A stretch of 64,000 nt of DNA from an uncultured bacterium (GCA_963749495.1 CAVVMW010000023.1:384001-448000); one strand, 5' to 3'; counted from the stretch's first letter, positions 40,558 through 50,713 are shown. Numbers and translations are program-made. Notes: a model not told the origin generated them from the sequence alone.

Positions 40558-41202
40558 TCAGGCCGGGAACTCCAGCCCCAATTGCAGTGTCAAGTGCCTG
40601 AAAATTCTCGTGGCCTCTGCAAATAGTTCCTTGTTGGGGGAGTGCGGGAACTGAACGGCCCAATCAAGAAAAACCGCCTCCTGGAACACCAGGGAACGGT
40701 CCACAAGGAACCTGCCTTCTCCAAATGAGCCGGCAGCGGGCGTGCTGAGAATGCAGCCGGTAATCTGAAGTCCCCGATCAGCCGGGCCAAGGCCCGCCAG
40801 GAAATTGTCGCGTTCGGCGGTAGAGGACAGCGAAGCGTGAACGGACGCCTCAAGCCTGTGTTCACGCATTCGTCTGTCGGAAAGCGTCTCGCCGATTCCC
40901 ACGAGACAGTCAGAGATCAGGTTTGCGTCGTTGCTGTCTTTGGCATTCTGAAACGAGGCGTAAACACCTTCCGCGGTGAGGCGGATCGTGCCGCTCCGGT
41001 TGAAAAGCGCAAAACTCAGGTCGTAGTCGAAGAGCCTGTCTCCTTCGCGCTGAACAATCTCCAAGGGGCGCAGTCCATAGCCTCCAAAGCGCAGGAGGAT
41101 CTTTTTTGCGAGAGCTGGCAGCGAAGCTTCCGCATACGGAACGACATCGGCAAACCAGCTAGTCATCGAGACCGAATACAATTTGGTCGTAGCCGCGCGC
41201 AT
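40558..41202 (-). CDS. Hypothetical alpha/beta protein, loosely TIGR04255-like
   Basis: Clean 214-aa ORF heading a coupled three-gene operon; the family resemblance is only by pattern. Confidence 0.6.
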   Translation of the reverse strand: MRAATTKLYSVSMTSWFADVVPYAEASLPALAKKILLRFGGYGLRPLEIVQREGDRLFDYDLSFALFNRSGTIRLTAEGVYASFQNAKDSNDANLISDCLVGIGETLSDRRMREHRLEASVHASLSSTAERDNFLAGLGPADRGLQITGCILSTPAAGSFGEGRFLVDRSLVFQEAVFLDWAVQFPHSPNKELFAEATRIFRHLTLQLGLEFPA

Positions 41203-41371
41203 CTGGCATATACATACTCGTCCAACCCGTTGAGTTCAATCGGATATTTCCCCGTATCCGGATTACGCCGGCAACCCGGAGGGTTGGCACCAGGGCGCTC
41301 ACGCAGTTGACCCGGCTGGCGCACTCTTTGGGCTCGGTGAACTCCCGTTCTTAAAGCGCGTCAAGGAGCGG

Positions 41372-41406
41372 CGTCATTCGTCATTCGTCATTCGTCATTG
41401 GTCATT
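41372..41406. repeat. Heptamer tandem repeat (CGTCATT) x5
   Basis: Directly after the pyrB stop codon. Confidence 0.9.
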
Positions 41407-41407
41407 C

Positions 41408-42352
41408 CTACGCCCCTCCCACTTCCTGGGGGCCTTGGCCGCCGTTGACCAGGAAGAGGACGGCCATGCGGACGGCCAGGCCGTTGGTGACCTGCTGCAG
41501 GATGAGCGAGCGGTTGCAGTCGGCGATGTCGCTGTCGATTTCGACGCCGCGGTTGACGGGGCCGGGGTGCATGATGAGGGCGTCGGGTTTGGTGCGAGCC
41601 AGCCGGGCCTTGTTCAGGCCGAAGAGGCTGGCGTACTCGCCGATGCTCGGGAACATCGACTTGCGCTGGCGCTCGTGCTGGATGCGCAGGAGGTTGATGA
41701 TGTCGGCATCGCGGATGGCTTCGTCCACGTCGTAGGTGACGCGGCAGCCCATTTGCTCGAAGACGCGGGGCACCAGGGTCGAGGGTCCGCAGAGGGTCAC
41801 CTGGGCGCCGAGCTTGGTCAGGCCCCAGATGTCCGAGCGCGCCACCCGGCTATAGACCACGTCCCCCAGGATGGTGACCTTGAGGCCCTGGATGCGGCCC
41901 TTTTTTTCGCGGATGGTGAACAAGTCCAGGAGGGCCTGGGTGGGGTGCTCGTGGGCGCCGTCGCCGGCATTGATGACGCTGACACCCAGGACGCGCGCCA
42001 GGAAGTGCGGGGCGCCCGAGGCGCTGTGGCGGATGACGATGAACTCGGCATTGAGGGCCTCGAGGTTGCGCGCGGTGTCCTTGAGCGTCTCGCCTTTCTT
42101 GAGCGAGGAGGCCTCGGCGGTGAAGTTGATAATGTCGGCCGAGAGGCGCTGCTCGGACAGCTCGAAGCTGATGCGGGTGCGGGTGGACGGCTCGATGAAG
42201 AGATTGACGACGGTCTTGCCGCGCAGGGCGGGGACTTTCTTGATGGCGCGCTCGCCCACGGCCTTGAAGGCGCGGGCGGTGTCCAGCACGGTGAGTATTT
42301 CCTCGGCCGTGAGCGACTCGATATCGAGCAGGTGCTTGCGGTTCCAGCTCAT
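41408..42352 (-). CDS. pyrB: Aspartate carbamoyltransferase catalytic subunit
   Basis: EPSTRT, HEHPTQ, RIQHER, MHPGP. Confidence 0.98.
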   Translation of the reverse strand: MSWNRKHLLDIESLTAEEILTVLDTARAFKAVGERAIKKVPALRGKTVVNLFIEPSTRTRISFELSEQRLSADIINFTAEASSLKKGETLKDTARNLEALNAEFIVIRHSASGAPHFLARVLGVSVINAGDGAHEHPTQALLDLFTIREKKGRIQGLKVTILGDVVYSRVARSDIWGLTKLGAQVTLCGPSTLVPRVFEQMGCRVTYDVDEAIRDADIINLLRIQHERQRKSMFPSIGEYASLFGLNKARLARTKPDALIMHPGPVNRGVEIDSDIADCNRSLILQQVTNGLAVRMAVLFLVNGGQGPQEVGGA

Positions 42353-42353
42353 C

Positions 42354-42884
42354 TTATCCCTTCTCCAGCACGACTTCATCCGGGCTGCCCAATTCCGAGA
42401 GACGGACCTGAACGCTCTCGGTATGGGAGGTGGGGAGGTTCTTGCCGATGAAGTCCGCTTTGATGGGCAGCTCCCGGTGCCCCCGGTCAACCAGCACGGC
42501 CAGTTGGATGCGCCTGGGCCGGCCGAAATCGTTCAGAGCATCCATGGCGGCGCGAATGGTGCGGCCGCTGTAGAGCACGTCATCCACCAGCACCACGGTC
42601 TTGCCGGTCACGTCGAAGGGGATGACCGTCGGCTGCACGTCGGGCGCCAGGCGCTGGTCCAGGTCGTCCCGGTGCATGCTCACATCGAGCAGGCCGGCAG
42701 GGGGGGCCTGCCCCCAGATGCCGCCCAACAGGCCGCTGAGCCGCTGGGCCAGAGGGACGCCGCCGCGTTGGATGCCCACCAGCACCACCTCCGCGCCCGC
42801 CTCGTTGCGCTCGGCAATCTCGTGGGCGATGCGGGTCAGGGCGCGTTGAATCGCCGCCCCGTTCAGAATGAGCGTCTCAGCCAT
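42354..42884 (-). CDS. pyrR: Pyrimidine regulator / uracil phosphoribosyltransferase
   Basis: [30 protein letters not shown]. Confidence 0.97.
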   Translation of the reverse strand: MAETLILNGAAIQRALTRIAHEIAERNEAGAEVVLVGIQRGGVPLAQRLSGLLGGIWGQAPPAGLLDVSMHRDDLDQRLAPDVQPTVIPFDVTGKTVVLVDDVLYSGRTIRAAMDALNDFGRPRRIQLAVLVDRGHRELPIKADFIGKNLPTSHTESVQVRLSELGSPDEVVLEKG

Positions 42885-43110
42885 GTCCCGCCTGTCGCCC
42901 GGCCATTTGGCGGCTCTTCCGCCACTTGGACCGATGCTTGACGATCCAATCCGTCAGCGCCCGGTCAAACCCGATGTCGCGCCCTGCCTTTTCCGACTCG
43001 ATCCACTTGTGCTTCAAGATCTCCTCGCGCTCCGCTTGGAACTCCCGGTAGAGCGAAGAGTTCTTCAGCAATTCGCTGGCCGAGAGGTGCTCTTTCGTTT
43101 CGTCAGACAT
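42877..43110 (-). CDS. DUF4032-like small protein
   Basis: SLYREFQAEREEILKHKWIESEK.G.DIGF. Confidence 0.8.
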   Translation of the reverse strand: MSDETKEHLSASELLKNSSLYREFQAEREEILKHKWIESEKAGRDIGFDRALTDWIVKHRSKWRKSRQMAGRQAGHG

Positions 43111-43255
43111 AATCGAGAATCCAAACACAGTCGACGCGCTCCGGGATTCTTATACGGCGCGCCGCTCGATGACAATCCTTTTTTCTGCCCCCGTGCGGCA
43201 ACTCCAGGGCCATCAACAAAGTCGCCCGGCGCGCCTGTGCGCCAGGGGCGCCAGC

Positions 43256-43390
43256 GTAGCGCAGGTTTCCAAACCTGCTGTATCGCGGGTTTCCAAACCC
43301 GCAGGCCGTCCGCGAACCAGGGGCGCTCGACATGCCGACGCCCTGCCGATTGGAAATCGGCGATACGGCAGGTTTGGAAACCTGCGCTAC
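43256..43390. repeat. GTAG-type REP doublet
   Basis: gtagcgcaggtttccaaacctgc ... gcaggtttggaaacctgcgctac. Confidence 0.85.
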
Positions 43391-43462
43391 AACTTTGTCA
43401 ATGGCCCTCTCGGCAACGCGGGTCAGGAGGAATGTAGCACAAAAGCGCGCGGAGAAAGGCAA

Positions 43463-44506
43463 CTAAAGGATTTGCTGACGGAGTTTTTCAGCGATGCTAA
43501 TAAAGGCCTGCGCCGACGGCCCCTCGGGCGCCGAGACGACGACCGGCACGCCCCGGTCTCCGGCCTCTCGAATCTCCGTAAAGAGGGGGATTTCGCCCAG
43601 GAAGGCGAGCCCCTGGCGGCGCGCCTCGGCCTGGCCGCCGCCGTGCCCGAAGATCTCGACCCGGTCCCCCGTGGGGGTGGTGAAATAGCTCATGTTCTCG
43701 ATGATGCCCAGGATAGGGACATTGACCTTCCGGAACATGGCGATGCCCTTGCGGACGACCCCGAGCGAGGCCTCTTGCGGGGTCGTCACGATCACCCCGC
43801 CATCCAGGGGCACGGTCTGGCAGAGCGAGAGCTGGGCATCGCCGGTCCCCGGCGGCAGGTCCACCAGCAGGCAGTCCAGGCTGCCCCATTCCACCGCGTT
43901 GACGAATTGCTGGATGGTCTTCATGATCATCGGCCCGCGCCAGATGACCGGCTGGTCGCCCTCGATCAGAAAGCCGATGCTCATCAATTTGACCCCGTGG
44001 CTGGCGGGCGGCACCATCTTTTCCTGGTCGCTGATGGCCGGTTTTTCATGGACCCCCATCATGAGCGGGATGCTCGGGCCGTAAATGTCGCAATCCAGCA
44101 GGCCCGCCTGGGCGCCCAGGCGCGCCAGGGCGCAGGCCAGGTTCACCGAGACGGTGGACTTGCCGACGCCCCCCTTGCCGCTGGCCACCGCCACAACGCG
44201 GCGCACGCCCGCGACCCGGTGTTGTCCGGCCCAGGGACCCGCAGCGGCGGCCGTGGCCTGCCCGCCGGGCTGGTTGACCTCGACAGATACCGCCTTCACC
44301 CCGGGCAGGGCCTTCAACGCGCGTTCGCTCTCGGCCTTGATCTCGGCCGCCACTTCCGGCTTGCCCGAGGTCAGGTGTATCGAGATGCTCACCGCCCCCT
44401 CGCTCACCCTGATCTCCTTGACCAGCCCGAAAGAAATCACGTCCCGGCTGTAGCCGGGGTACTTCACACTCCTCAACGCGTTCCTGATGTCGCCTTCCGA
44501 AGGCAT
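43463..44506 (-). CDS. mrp: Mrp/NBP35 (ApbC) Fe-S carrier ATPase
   Basis: SGKGGVGKST, DIYGPS, WRGPM, DLPPGTGD, ENMS. Confidence 0.95.
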   Translation of the reverse strand: MPSEGDIRNALRSVKYPGYSRDVISFGLVKEIRVSEGAVSISIHLTSGKPEVAAEIKAESERALKALPGVKAVSVEVNQPGGQATAAAAGPWAGQHRVAGVRRVVAVASGKGGVGKSTVSVNLACALARLGAQAGLLDCDIYGPSIPLMMGVHEKPAISDQEKMVPPASHGVKLMSIGFLIEGDQPVIWRGPMIMKTIQQFVNAVEWGSLDCLLVDLPPGTGDAQLSLCQTVPLDGGVIVTTPQEASLGVVRKGIAMFRKVNVPILGIIENMSYFTTPTGDRVEIFGHGGGQAEARRQGLAFLGEIPLFTEIREAGDRGVPVVVSAPEGPSAQAFISIAEKLRQQIL

Positions 44507-44686
44507 GTTCACATTCATTCGATTCAACGAAGCCAATAAACGGTCTGGGTGTGCCCGTGTCAATCCCGGGGCGCGCGTCCAGGGTCGAGGGTCGAGGGCC
44601 GAGGGAACGCAGAGCGGTTGCCACTCGGCACTCGACGCTCGCCCAGGGTGCGATTAAAGGCGCAGGGCATGGGATCCGGGAGTTTT

Positions 44687-44872
44687 GTCCCGGAGGGACA
44701 TTCGAGAATAGCCCAACGTTTCAACGTTGGGGTTGGCCGTCACGGAGGAATAAGTCCCGAAGGGACGGCTGAAATCACCCGTGGTTTCAGCCCTCCCTTC
44801 GGGACTCCGGGGGGCCGGCGCATCCAACCGAACGTTGAAACGTTGGGCTATTGTCGGAAGCCCCGTCGGGGC
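44687..44872. repeat. Composite REP element
   Basis: aatagcccaacgtttcaacgtt / aacgttgaaacgttgggctatt and agtcccgaaggga / tcccttcgggact arms. Confidence 0.8.
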
Positions 44873-44967
44873 AAAAGGGCGCCGTGGACTCCCCGACGGT
44901 TTTGATCGCACCCGCGCTCGCCCCTCGCCCCTTGCCCCTCGCCCCTTGCCCCCCTATTCTGGGGCGA

Positions 44968-45753
44968 ATGCAAGAGCTGCGACCCCAGGCTGCCCCGGAG
45001 AAGACAGGCCCGGCCGACTCGACCGGCGCATGCGAGAGCCGGCTGGTCTGGGGGTATTTCAAAGGCCAGACGGAAGGCCGCTTCGTGGACGTGGGCGCCA
45101 ATCATCCGACCGAGCGGAACCAGACGTGGTTCCTGGAATGCCAGGGATGGTCGGGGTTGCTGGTCGAGCCGCACCCGGAAATGTGCAGGCTGCTGCGGGC
45201 GCAACGGCCGCGCAGCCGCACCGTCGAGGCGGCCGTCTGCGGCCCGGGCCAGGAAGGGGAAGCTGAGTTGCAACTCGGGGTGGACCCAGCCAAGTCGAGC
45301 CTGCGGCCCGAGTGGGACCATGCCTTGAGCGGGCAACGCGTCCGCGTCCGCGCCCGGACCTTGAATTCGATCCTGGCGGAGGCTGACTTTGGCCGCATCG
45401 ATTTCCTTTCGCTCGACGTGGAGGGGATGGAGATCCCGGCCCTGCGCGGGCTGGATTTCGAGCGGTACGGGCCCGAACTGATCCTGATCGAGGACCATTT
45501 CTACGCCTACGACAAGCACTTCTACCTGCGGCGCCATGGCTACAAGCTCGTCAAGCGCACGGGCTACAACAACTGGTATGTGCCCCAGGACGCGGCGGTG
45601 TCGGTCTTCTCGATGTCCAGCCTCCCCAAGTTGCTGCGGCTGGGCCGGAAGATGTGGCTCAATACCCCGTTCAACCGCCTGCGCCGCCGGCTCAAGCAAC
45701 GGAAACGGGCGCGGACCCAAACCACCGGCGGGGCGCAGCAGGGGGATGTTTGA
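44968..45753 (+). CDS. FkbM-family methyltransferase
   Basis: FVDVGANHP, WSGLLVEP, IDFLSLDVEG.E. Confidence 0.9.
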   Translation: MQELRPQAAPEKTGPADSTGACESRLVWGYFKGQTEGRFVDVGANHPTERNQTWFLECQGWSGLLVEPHPEMCRLLRAQRPRSRTVEAAVCGPGQEGEAELQLGVDPAKSSLRPEWDHALSGQRVRVRARTLNSILAEADFGRIDFLSLDVEGMEIPALRGLDFERYGPELILIEDHFYAYDKHFYLRRHGYKLVKRTGYNNWYVPQDAAVSVFSMSSLPKLLRLGRKMWLNTPFNRLRRRLKQRKRARTQTTGGAQQGDV

Positions 45754-45779
45754 CCCTGAAAACGGCAGTTCAAGCACGG

Positions 45780-46475
45780 ATGAACAGGGATAAACGAGCG
45801 AGCCAGTTGCGGCGCGCCTACCGGCTGCTGCGGGCGCATTTCGGGCACCAGCACTGGTGGCCGGCCCAGACCGCGTTCGAGATGTGCGTCGGCGCTATCC
45901 TGACCCAGAACACGAGCTGGGTGAACGTCGAGCGCGCCCTGGCCAATCTCAAGGCCGCCAGGGTGCTCGAGCCCAGGGCACTCTACGCGCTCCAGCCATC
46001 CAGGCTGGCCGAACTGCTCCGGCCGACCGGCTATTTCAATGTCAAGGCGCGGCGGCTCCGCTCGTTCCTCCGGGTGCTGGTCGAGGAATTCGGCGGCGAC
46101 CTCACCCGCCTCCTCCAGGGCGAGACTGGCCAGGTCCGCGAGCGCCTCCTTTCCATCGGCGGCATTGGGCGGGAGACCGCCGACAGCATGTTGCTCTATG
46201 CGGGCGCTCACCAGCGGTTTGTGATCGATGCCTACACCAAACGCATTTTCCATCGGCACGGCTGGAGCGGGGCCGAGGCCTCCTATGACGAGTTGCAGCG
46301 GTTGTGCGAATCGGCCCTGGCCCGCAAACCGCGCGGCCGGCGGCTCGATTACTGGCAGGATTACCACGCCCAACTCGTGATGGCGGGCAAGCACTTCTGC
46401 CGCGCCAGCCGGCCCGATTGCCAGGGTTGCCCGCTCCGGCCCCTGCTGCCGCGGCAGCATGCCGGTCGTCGTTGA
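45780..46475 (+). CDS. Endonuclease III-related HhH-GPD glycosylase
   Basis: WWPA, GAILTQNT.W, GIGRETADS, D.YT.R, C-x6-C-x2-C. Confidence 0.92.
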   Translation: MNRDKRASQLRRAYRLLRAHFGHQHWWPAQTAFEMCVGAILTQNTSWVNVERALANLKAARVLEPRALYALQPSRLAELLRPTGYFNVKARRLRSFLRVLVEEFGGDLTRLLQGETGQVRERLLSIGGIGRETADSMLLYAGAHQRFVIDAYTKRIFHRHGWSGAEASYDELQRLCESALARKPRGRRLDYWQDYHAQLVMAGKHFCRASRPDCQGCPLRPLLPRQHAGRR

Positions 46476-46580
46476 GGCGCTTTACGGGCCTCTCCAAATT
46501 CGCGCGATCGCGGGCGCACCCCTACATCGCGCGTGTGTGTGGCCTCGGTGAAGGTGGGTGCGTCATTGCCCCCGGCTCAC

Positions 46581-46770
46581 CGCGTAGCGGTGCCCGAGGG
46601 TAGCCGTGGACTTCCAGTCCACGGACCCATCGCCCAAGCTCAACCGCGTCGCGTAGCGACGCCTGAAAACTGCGACGCCGTCAGGCGTCGCTACGCGGCG
46701 CGTGCCCCCTCCCGCGCCCTGAACCGTGGACCGAGGTCCACGGCTACCTTCACTGTGTCGCTACGCGACA
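46581..46770. repeat. Composite REP element, family B
   Basis: Same arms as 11904-12112. Confidence 0.8.
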
Positions 46771-46815
46771 CGGGATGATTCTTGAGCGGGGCCGGATCTG
46801 ATGTAAGCTTCCTCC

Positions 46816-47082
46816 ATGAAAGGCGAAACCTATCCGTTGGCGATGCCGACCGATTTGCTCCAGGAAATCCGGCAAACCGCCAAGGCGACCGGTCTCTCGA
46901 TGGCGGACGCCATGCGGCAGAGCATGAGGCTGGGATTGCCGAAGCTGCGGGAGCAATTGCGCGGCCCCGCTCTCAAACCGTTCACAGCCGAAGAAGTCAA
47001 GACCGCCTTCAAGCGGGACCAGGAGTGGGAAGCGTTCGAATCGGCCATGACAAACGTGCCTGTCACGCCTCTGGAAGAATGA
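46816..47082 (+). CDS. Orphan RHH/CopG-like antitoxin
   Basis: YPLAMP.DLL.EI...A...G.S.AD.MR. Confidence 0.6.
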   Translation: MKGETYPLAMPTDLLQEIRQTAKATGLSMADAMRQSMRLGLPKLREQLRGPALKPFTAEEVKTAFKRDQEWEAFESAMTNVPVTPLEE

Positions 47083-47092
47083 AGGCCTGGCC

Positions 47093-48526
47093 TCACTCGA
47101 TCCCGAGCCTGCGCTGGATTTGCTCCAGTGAGACCCCCTTGGTTTCCAGCATCACGGTGAGCACCCAGAAGAGCTGGCCGACCATGCAGAGGGCGTAGAA
47201 GGCAAAGGCGTGGCCGCCGGATTGCCTGGCGATCAACGGGAACGTCCACGAGATTGCGGCGGCCATGGCCCAGTGAGTGAAACTGCCCAGGGCCTGGCCG
47301 CGGGCGCGAACGCGGTTGGGGAAGATCTCGCTGATGTACACCCAAATGACGGCCCCCTGGCCGAAGGCATGCGCTGCGACAAACACCAGCAGGCTGCCCA
47401 GGAGCAGCCTGCCCCCGGCGCCCGTATAGAACGAATACGCAGCGACGCTCAGGCTGAGGATATAGCCAATCGAGCCGACCAGCATCAGGCGCCGCCGGCC
47501 AAAGTGATCGATCACCGCCATCGCCGCAATCGTGAACACCAGGTTGGTCAGCCCGATAATGACCGGCTGCAGCAGGGCGGATTCTTTGCTGGCGCCGGCC
47601 ATTTGGAAGATGTCCTTGGCGTAGTAGAGCACGGCGTTGATGCCCGAGAGTTGGTTGAACATGGCGATGGCCACGGCCAGCAGGATCGGCTTGTGGTACT
47701 TCGCGCAGAAGAACGGTTCGGCCAGCGTGTGGTGCTCCAGGTCCAGTGAGGCCCGGATCTCCCCCAGGTCCTGCTCCAGATCGCCGGTGTCGGTGCCGCA
47801 CTGGGCCAGGACGGCCCGGGCCTCCTCGATGCGTCCCCGGGCGACCAGCCAGCGCGGGCTCTGGGGCGTCAGAAACAGCAGGCAGAAAAAGGCCGCCGCC
47901 GGCGCCGCCATGACCCCGAACATCCACCGGCACTCGGCCTGCCCGAGATGCAGCGTGCCGATCACGTAATTCGAGAGGTAGGCCAGCAGGATGCCGAGCA
48001 CGATGTTGAACTGCGTGACCGCCACCAGGCGCCCCCGGTACTTCGCCGGCGAGATTTCGGCGATGTACATCGGCGAGACCACCGACGCCCCCCCCACCGC
48101 CAGCCCGCCGATGAACCGGAATAGAACAAAGGACCACCACCCCCAAGCCAGCGCGCACCCGACGGCCGAGACGAAATACAGCACGGCCAGGCTGAACAGC
48201 GTGCCGCGCCGCCCGAACGCATCGGCCGGCTTGCCCACCGCCAGCGAGCCGACGACCGTCCCGATCAATGCGCTGGCCACGGTGAACCCCTGCATGAATG
48301 CCAGCAGGTCGTCCCTCCCTATCGAGGGGACCAGGCCCTGCAATTGCCTGACGATCTGCGCCACAAACCCGGACTTCAGCCAGTCCGTGGTGCCGGAGAT
48401 GACGGCGGTGTCGAAGCCGAAGAGCAGGCCGCCCAGGGCGGCCACAATGGCGCTGCGCAGCAGAACGGCGCTCAACCCGGCCGGCGCTGCCGTCCCGTGC
48501 CCTGGTGTCGTTGTGGTGGGGCTCAC
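47093..48526 (-). CDS. Sugar porter MFS transporter (XylE/GalP-like)
   Basis: GGLLFGFDTAVISG, D.FGRR, YIAEI.P...RG, QLSGIN...YY, SEIFP, ETKG. Confidence 0.95.
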   Translation of the reverse strand: MSPTTTTPGHGTAAPAGLSAVLLRSAIVAALGGLLFGFDTAVISGTTDWLKSGFVAQIVRQLQGLVPSIGRDDLLAFMQGFTVASALIGTVVGSLAVGKPADAFGRRGTLFSLAVLYFVSAVGCALAWGWWSFVLFRFIGGLAVGGASVVSPMYIAEISPAKYRGRLVAVTQFNIVLGILLAYLSNYVIGTLHLGQAECRWMFGVMAAPAAAFFCLLFLTPQSPRWLVARGRIEEARAVLAQCGTDTGDLEQDLGEIRASLDLEHHTLAEPFFCAKYHKPILLAVAIAMFNQLSGINAVLYYAKDIFQMAGASKESALLQPVIIGLTNLVFTIAAMAVIDHFGRRRLMLVGSIGYILSLSVAAYSFYTGAGGRLLLGSLLVFVAAHAFGQGAVIWVYISEIFPNRVRARGQALGSFTHWAMAAAISWTFPLIARQSGGHAFAFYALCMVGQLFWVLTVMLETKGVSLEQIQRRLGIE

Positions 48527-48661
48527 GAACCGAAATCCTAAGCCAGTGCCCGGAACCAAAACAAGCGGCAAGTTCAGACGGCAATGGGCCGGGGCGCGTG
48601 TCGGCTTTGTCGGCCTTCCGCAAGCCGGGCAATTGGAGGCTGGCATCGCCAAGCCCGCAAG

Positions 48662-48740
48662 GTTTTGGACTGCGCCAGTCCTCTGGCGCTTTCGCGTCCC
48701 CAGGGTCCGAAAAGCGGCAGAGGACTGCCGCAGTCCAAGA
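48662..48740. repeat. REP doublet
   Basis: ttggactgcgccagtcctctggcgcttt / aaagcggcagaggactgccgcagtccaa. Confidence 0.75.
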
Positions 48741-48820
48741 CGCTTCGCGATTTCGGAAGCGCACAGCGGGGGGAACGCGCCCGTCCTCGGATGCGCTCCG
48801 GGGCAGGCTGCCCAAGGTAA

Positions 48821-48980
48821 GGCGGTGGAAATAAATAAAGGTAGCAACCTGCCTTGTTCTTTTGCCGCCCAGCTTCGTTGTTCACTCGTTGCAGATCGCT
48901 GCGGATATGCGCCTCGTTCACGCCTCGCTGGGCGCCAAAATCCCGGCGGCATCTTGCCACCTTTATTTATTTCCACCGCC
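48821..48980. mobile_element. 160-bp MITE
   Basis: 27-bp TIRs ggcggtggaaataaataaaggtRgcaa (1 mismatch); TAA on both flanks (48818-48820 and 48981-48983). Confidence 0.85.
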
Positions 48981-49021
48981 TAAGCCTTGATTTGCGGGCA
49001 CGGTCGAACGACACTGGGCGC

Positions 49022-49303
49022 ATGAATCTGGACCGATTCAAGCTCAGGTTGACAGCCGTTTTCGAGCCTGCGCCGGAGGGCGGCTACACGTGCCATTTCG
49101 AGGAGCTGCCCGAGGTCTTCTCCGAAGGCGAAACGCTGGAGGAAGCGGGCGAGAACCTGCTGGACGCTCTTACACAAGTTATGGAGTACCACCGCCAGGA
49201 GGCGCGCAAGAACCTCAGGGCTGGGGCGCCGGCTTCAGCCGGCTTTGGACGTTCAATGTTCAGAGGCGCCCAAAGGGGTGAAGGTGCGGGCAAAGCCGGC
49301 TGA
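49022..49303 (+). CDS. Orphan HicB-family antitoxin; 3' end runs into a REP doublet
   Basis: EPAPEGGY....ELP.VFSEGETLEEA..NL.DA. Confidence 0.8.
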   Translation: MNLDRFKLRLTAVFEPAPEGGYTCHFEELPEVFSEGETLEEAGENLLDALTQVMEYHRQEARKNLRAGAPASAGFGRSMFRGAQRGEGAGKAG

Positions 49304-49340
49304 AGCCGGCCCTCCGGGGGCGGTGTCGGGATGCGCCCCG

Positions 49341-50685
49341 CTACCGGCCCATGAGCCCGGGCACCATGCCGCCCATGCGGGCCATCATCTTCTGGAACTT
49401 GCCCATCTTCTTCATCATCTGCTGCATCTGAGCGAAGCGGTTGAGCATGGTGTTGAGCTCGGTCACCGAGACGCCGCTGCCCTTGGCGATGCGCTGGCGG
49501 CGGCGGGCATTGAGGATGGAGGGCTGGCGCCGTTCCTGGAGGGTCATGGCGCAGATCATGGCCTCCATGTGCCCGAACTCCTTCTCCTGCTTGGTTAGGT
49601 CGGCCCCTTTGAGGGCCTCGGCGCCGCCGGGCAGCAGGCCCACGATCGTTTCCAACGACCCCAGCTTCTTGACCTGGCGCAGTTGCTCCAGGAAATCGTC
49701 GAGCGTGAACTGGCCCTTGCGCATCTTCTCCTCCAGGCGCATCGCCTGGTCCATCGTCACGCCCTCCGCCGCCTTTTCGACCAGGCTGACCACGTCGCCC
49801 ATCCCGAGGATGCGCGAGGCCATTCGCTCCGGGTGGAAGGGCTCGAAATCCTCGAGCTTCTCGCCGACGCCGGCGAACTTGATCGGTTTGCCGGTGACGG
49901 CCTTGAGGCTGAGGGCGGCGCCGCCGCGGGCGTCGCCGTCCAGCTTGGTCAGGATGGAGCCGGTGATCTGGAGGGCTTTGTCGAAGTGAGCGGCCACATT
50001 CACCGCCTCCTGGCCGGTGGCGGCGTCCAGGACCAGCAGGACCTCCTGCGGCGCGGCCAGGCTGCGCAGGCGCACCAACTCCTGGACCAGCGGCTCGTCG
50101 ATCTGGAGCCGCCCGGCCGTGTCGAAGATGAGCGTGTTGCGGTTGTTGGCGCGGGCGAAATCGAGGGCCTCGCGGGCGAGTTGGAGCACGTCGGTCGCCC
50201 CTGTGCGGACATAGGCGGGCAGCCCGGCCTGCTGGGCCAGCTTCTCCAGTTGCTCCATGGCCGCAGGGCGATAAACGTCCGCCCCCACCAGGAGCGGGGT
50301 GCGGCCCTGCTTGAGCAGCAGCCGCCCCAGCTTGGCGCTGGACGTCGTCTTGCCCGAGCCGTGCAGGCCCACCATCAGGATGCAAGCGGGGTTTCCGCTC
50401 AACTCGAAGGCCGGCGTTGGCCGAGCCGAGCAGGTCCACCATCTCGTCATGGATGATCTTGATGATCTGCTGGCCCGGCTGGATGCTCTGGACCACCTCG
50501 ATGCCGATGGACTTGGCCTTGACCCGCTCGATGAAGTCGCGGGCCACCTTGAAATTCACATCCGCCTCCAGCAAGGCCAGCCGGACCTCGCGCAAGGCGT
50601 CGCCGACATTGCCCTCGGAGATCTTGCCCAGGCCCCGCAGGTTCCTGAAGGCCTCCTGGAGCTTGCTGCTCAATGAATCGAACAT
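49341..50685 (-). CDS. ffh: Signal recognition particle protein (1-bp frameshift near 50408, probably an error)
   Basis: ALLEADV, GLHGSGKTT, DTAGR, TKLDGDARGG, RRQRIAKGSG. Confidence 0.95.
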
Positions 50686-50713
50686 GGCCCCAAGCTAAAA
50701 TACCCGGAGCGCA

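Noticed and set aside
43128..43255. PyrR attenuator upstream of pyrR-pyrB
   Set aside because: No recognisable PyrR binding loop or terminator/antiterminator pair; the nearby hairpins are REPs.
49341..50685. ffh pseudogene or programmed frameshift
   Set aside because: Essential gene, otherwise intact, no slippery site, and many similar indels occur in the window.
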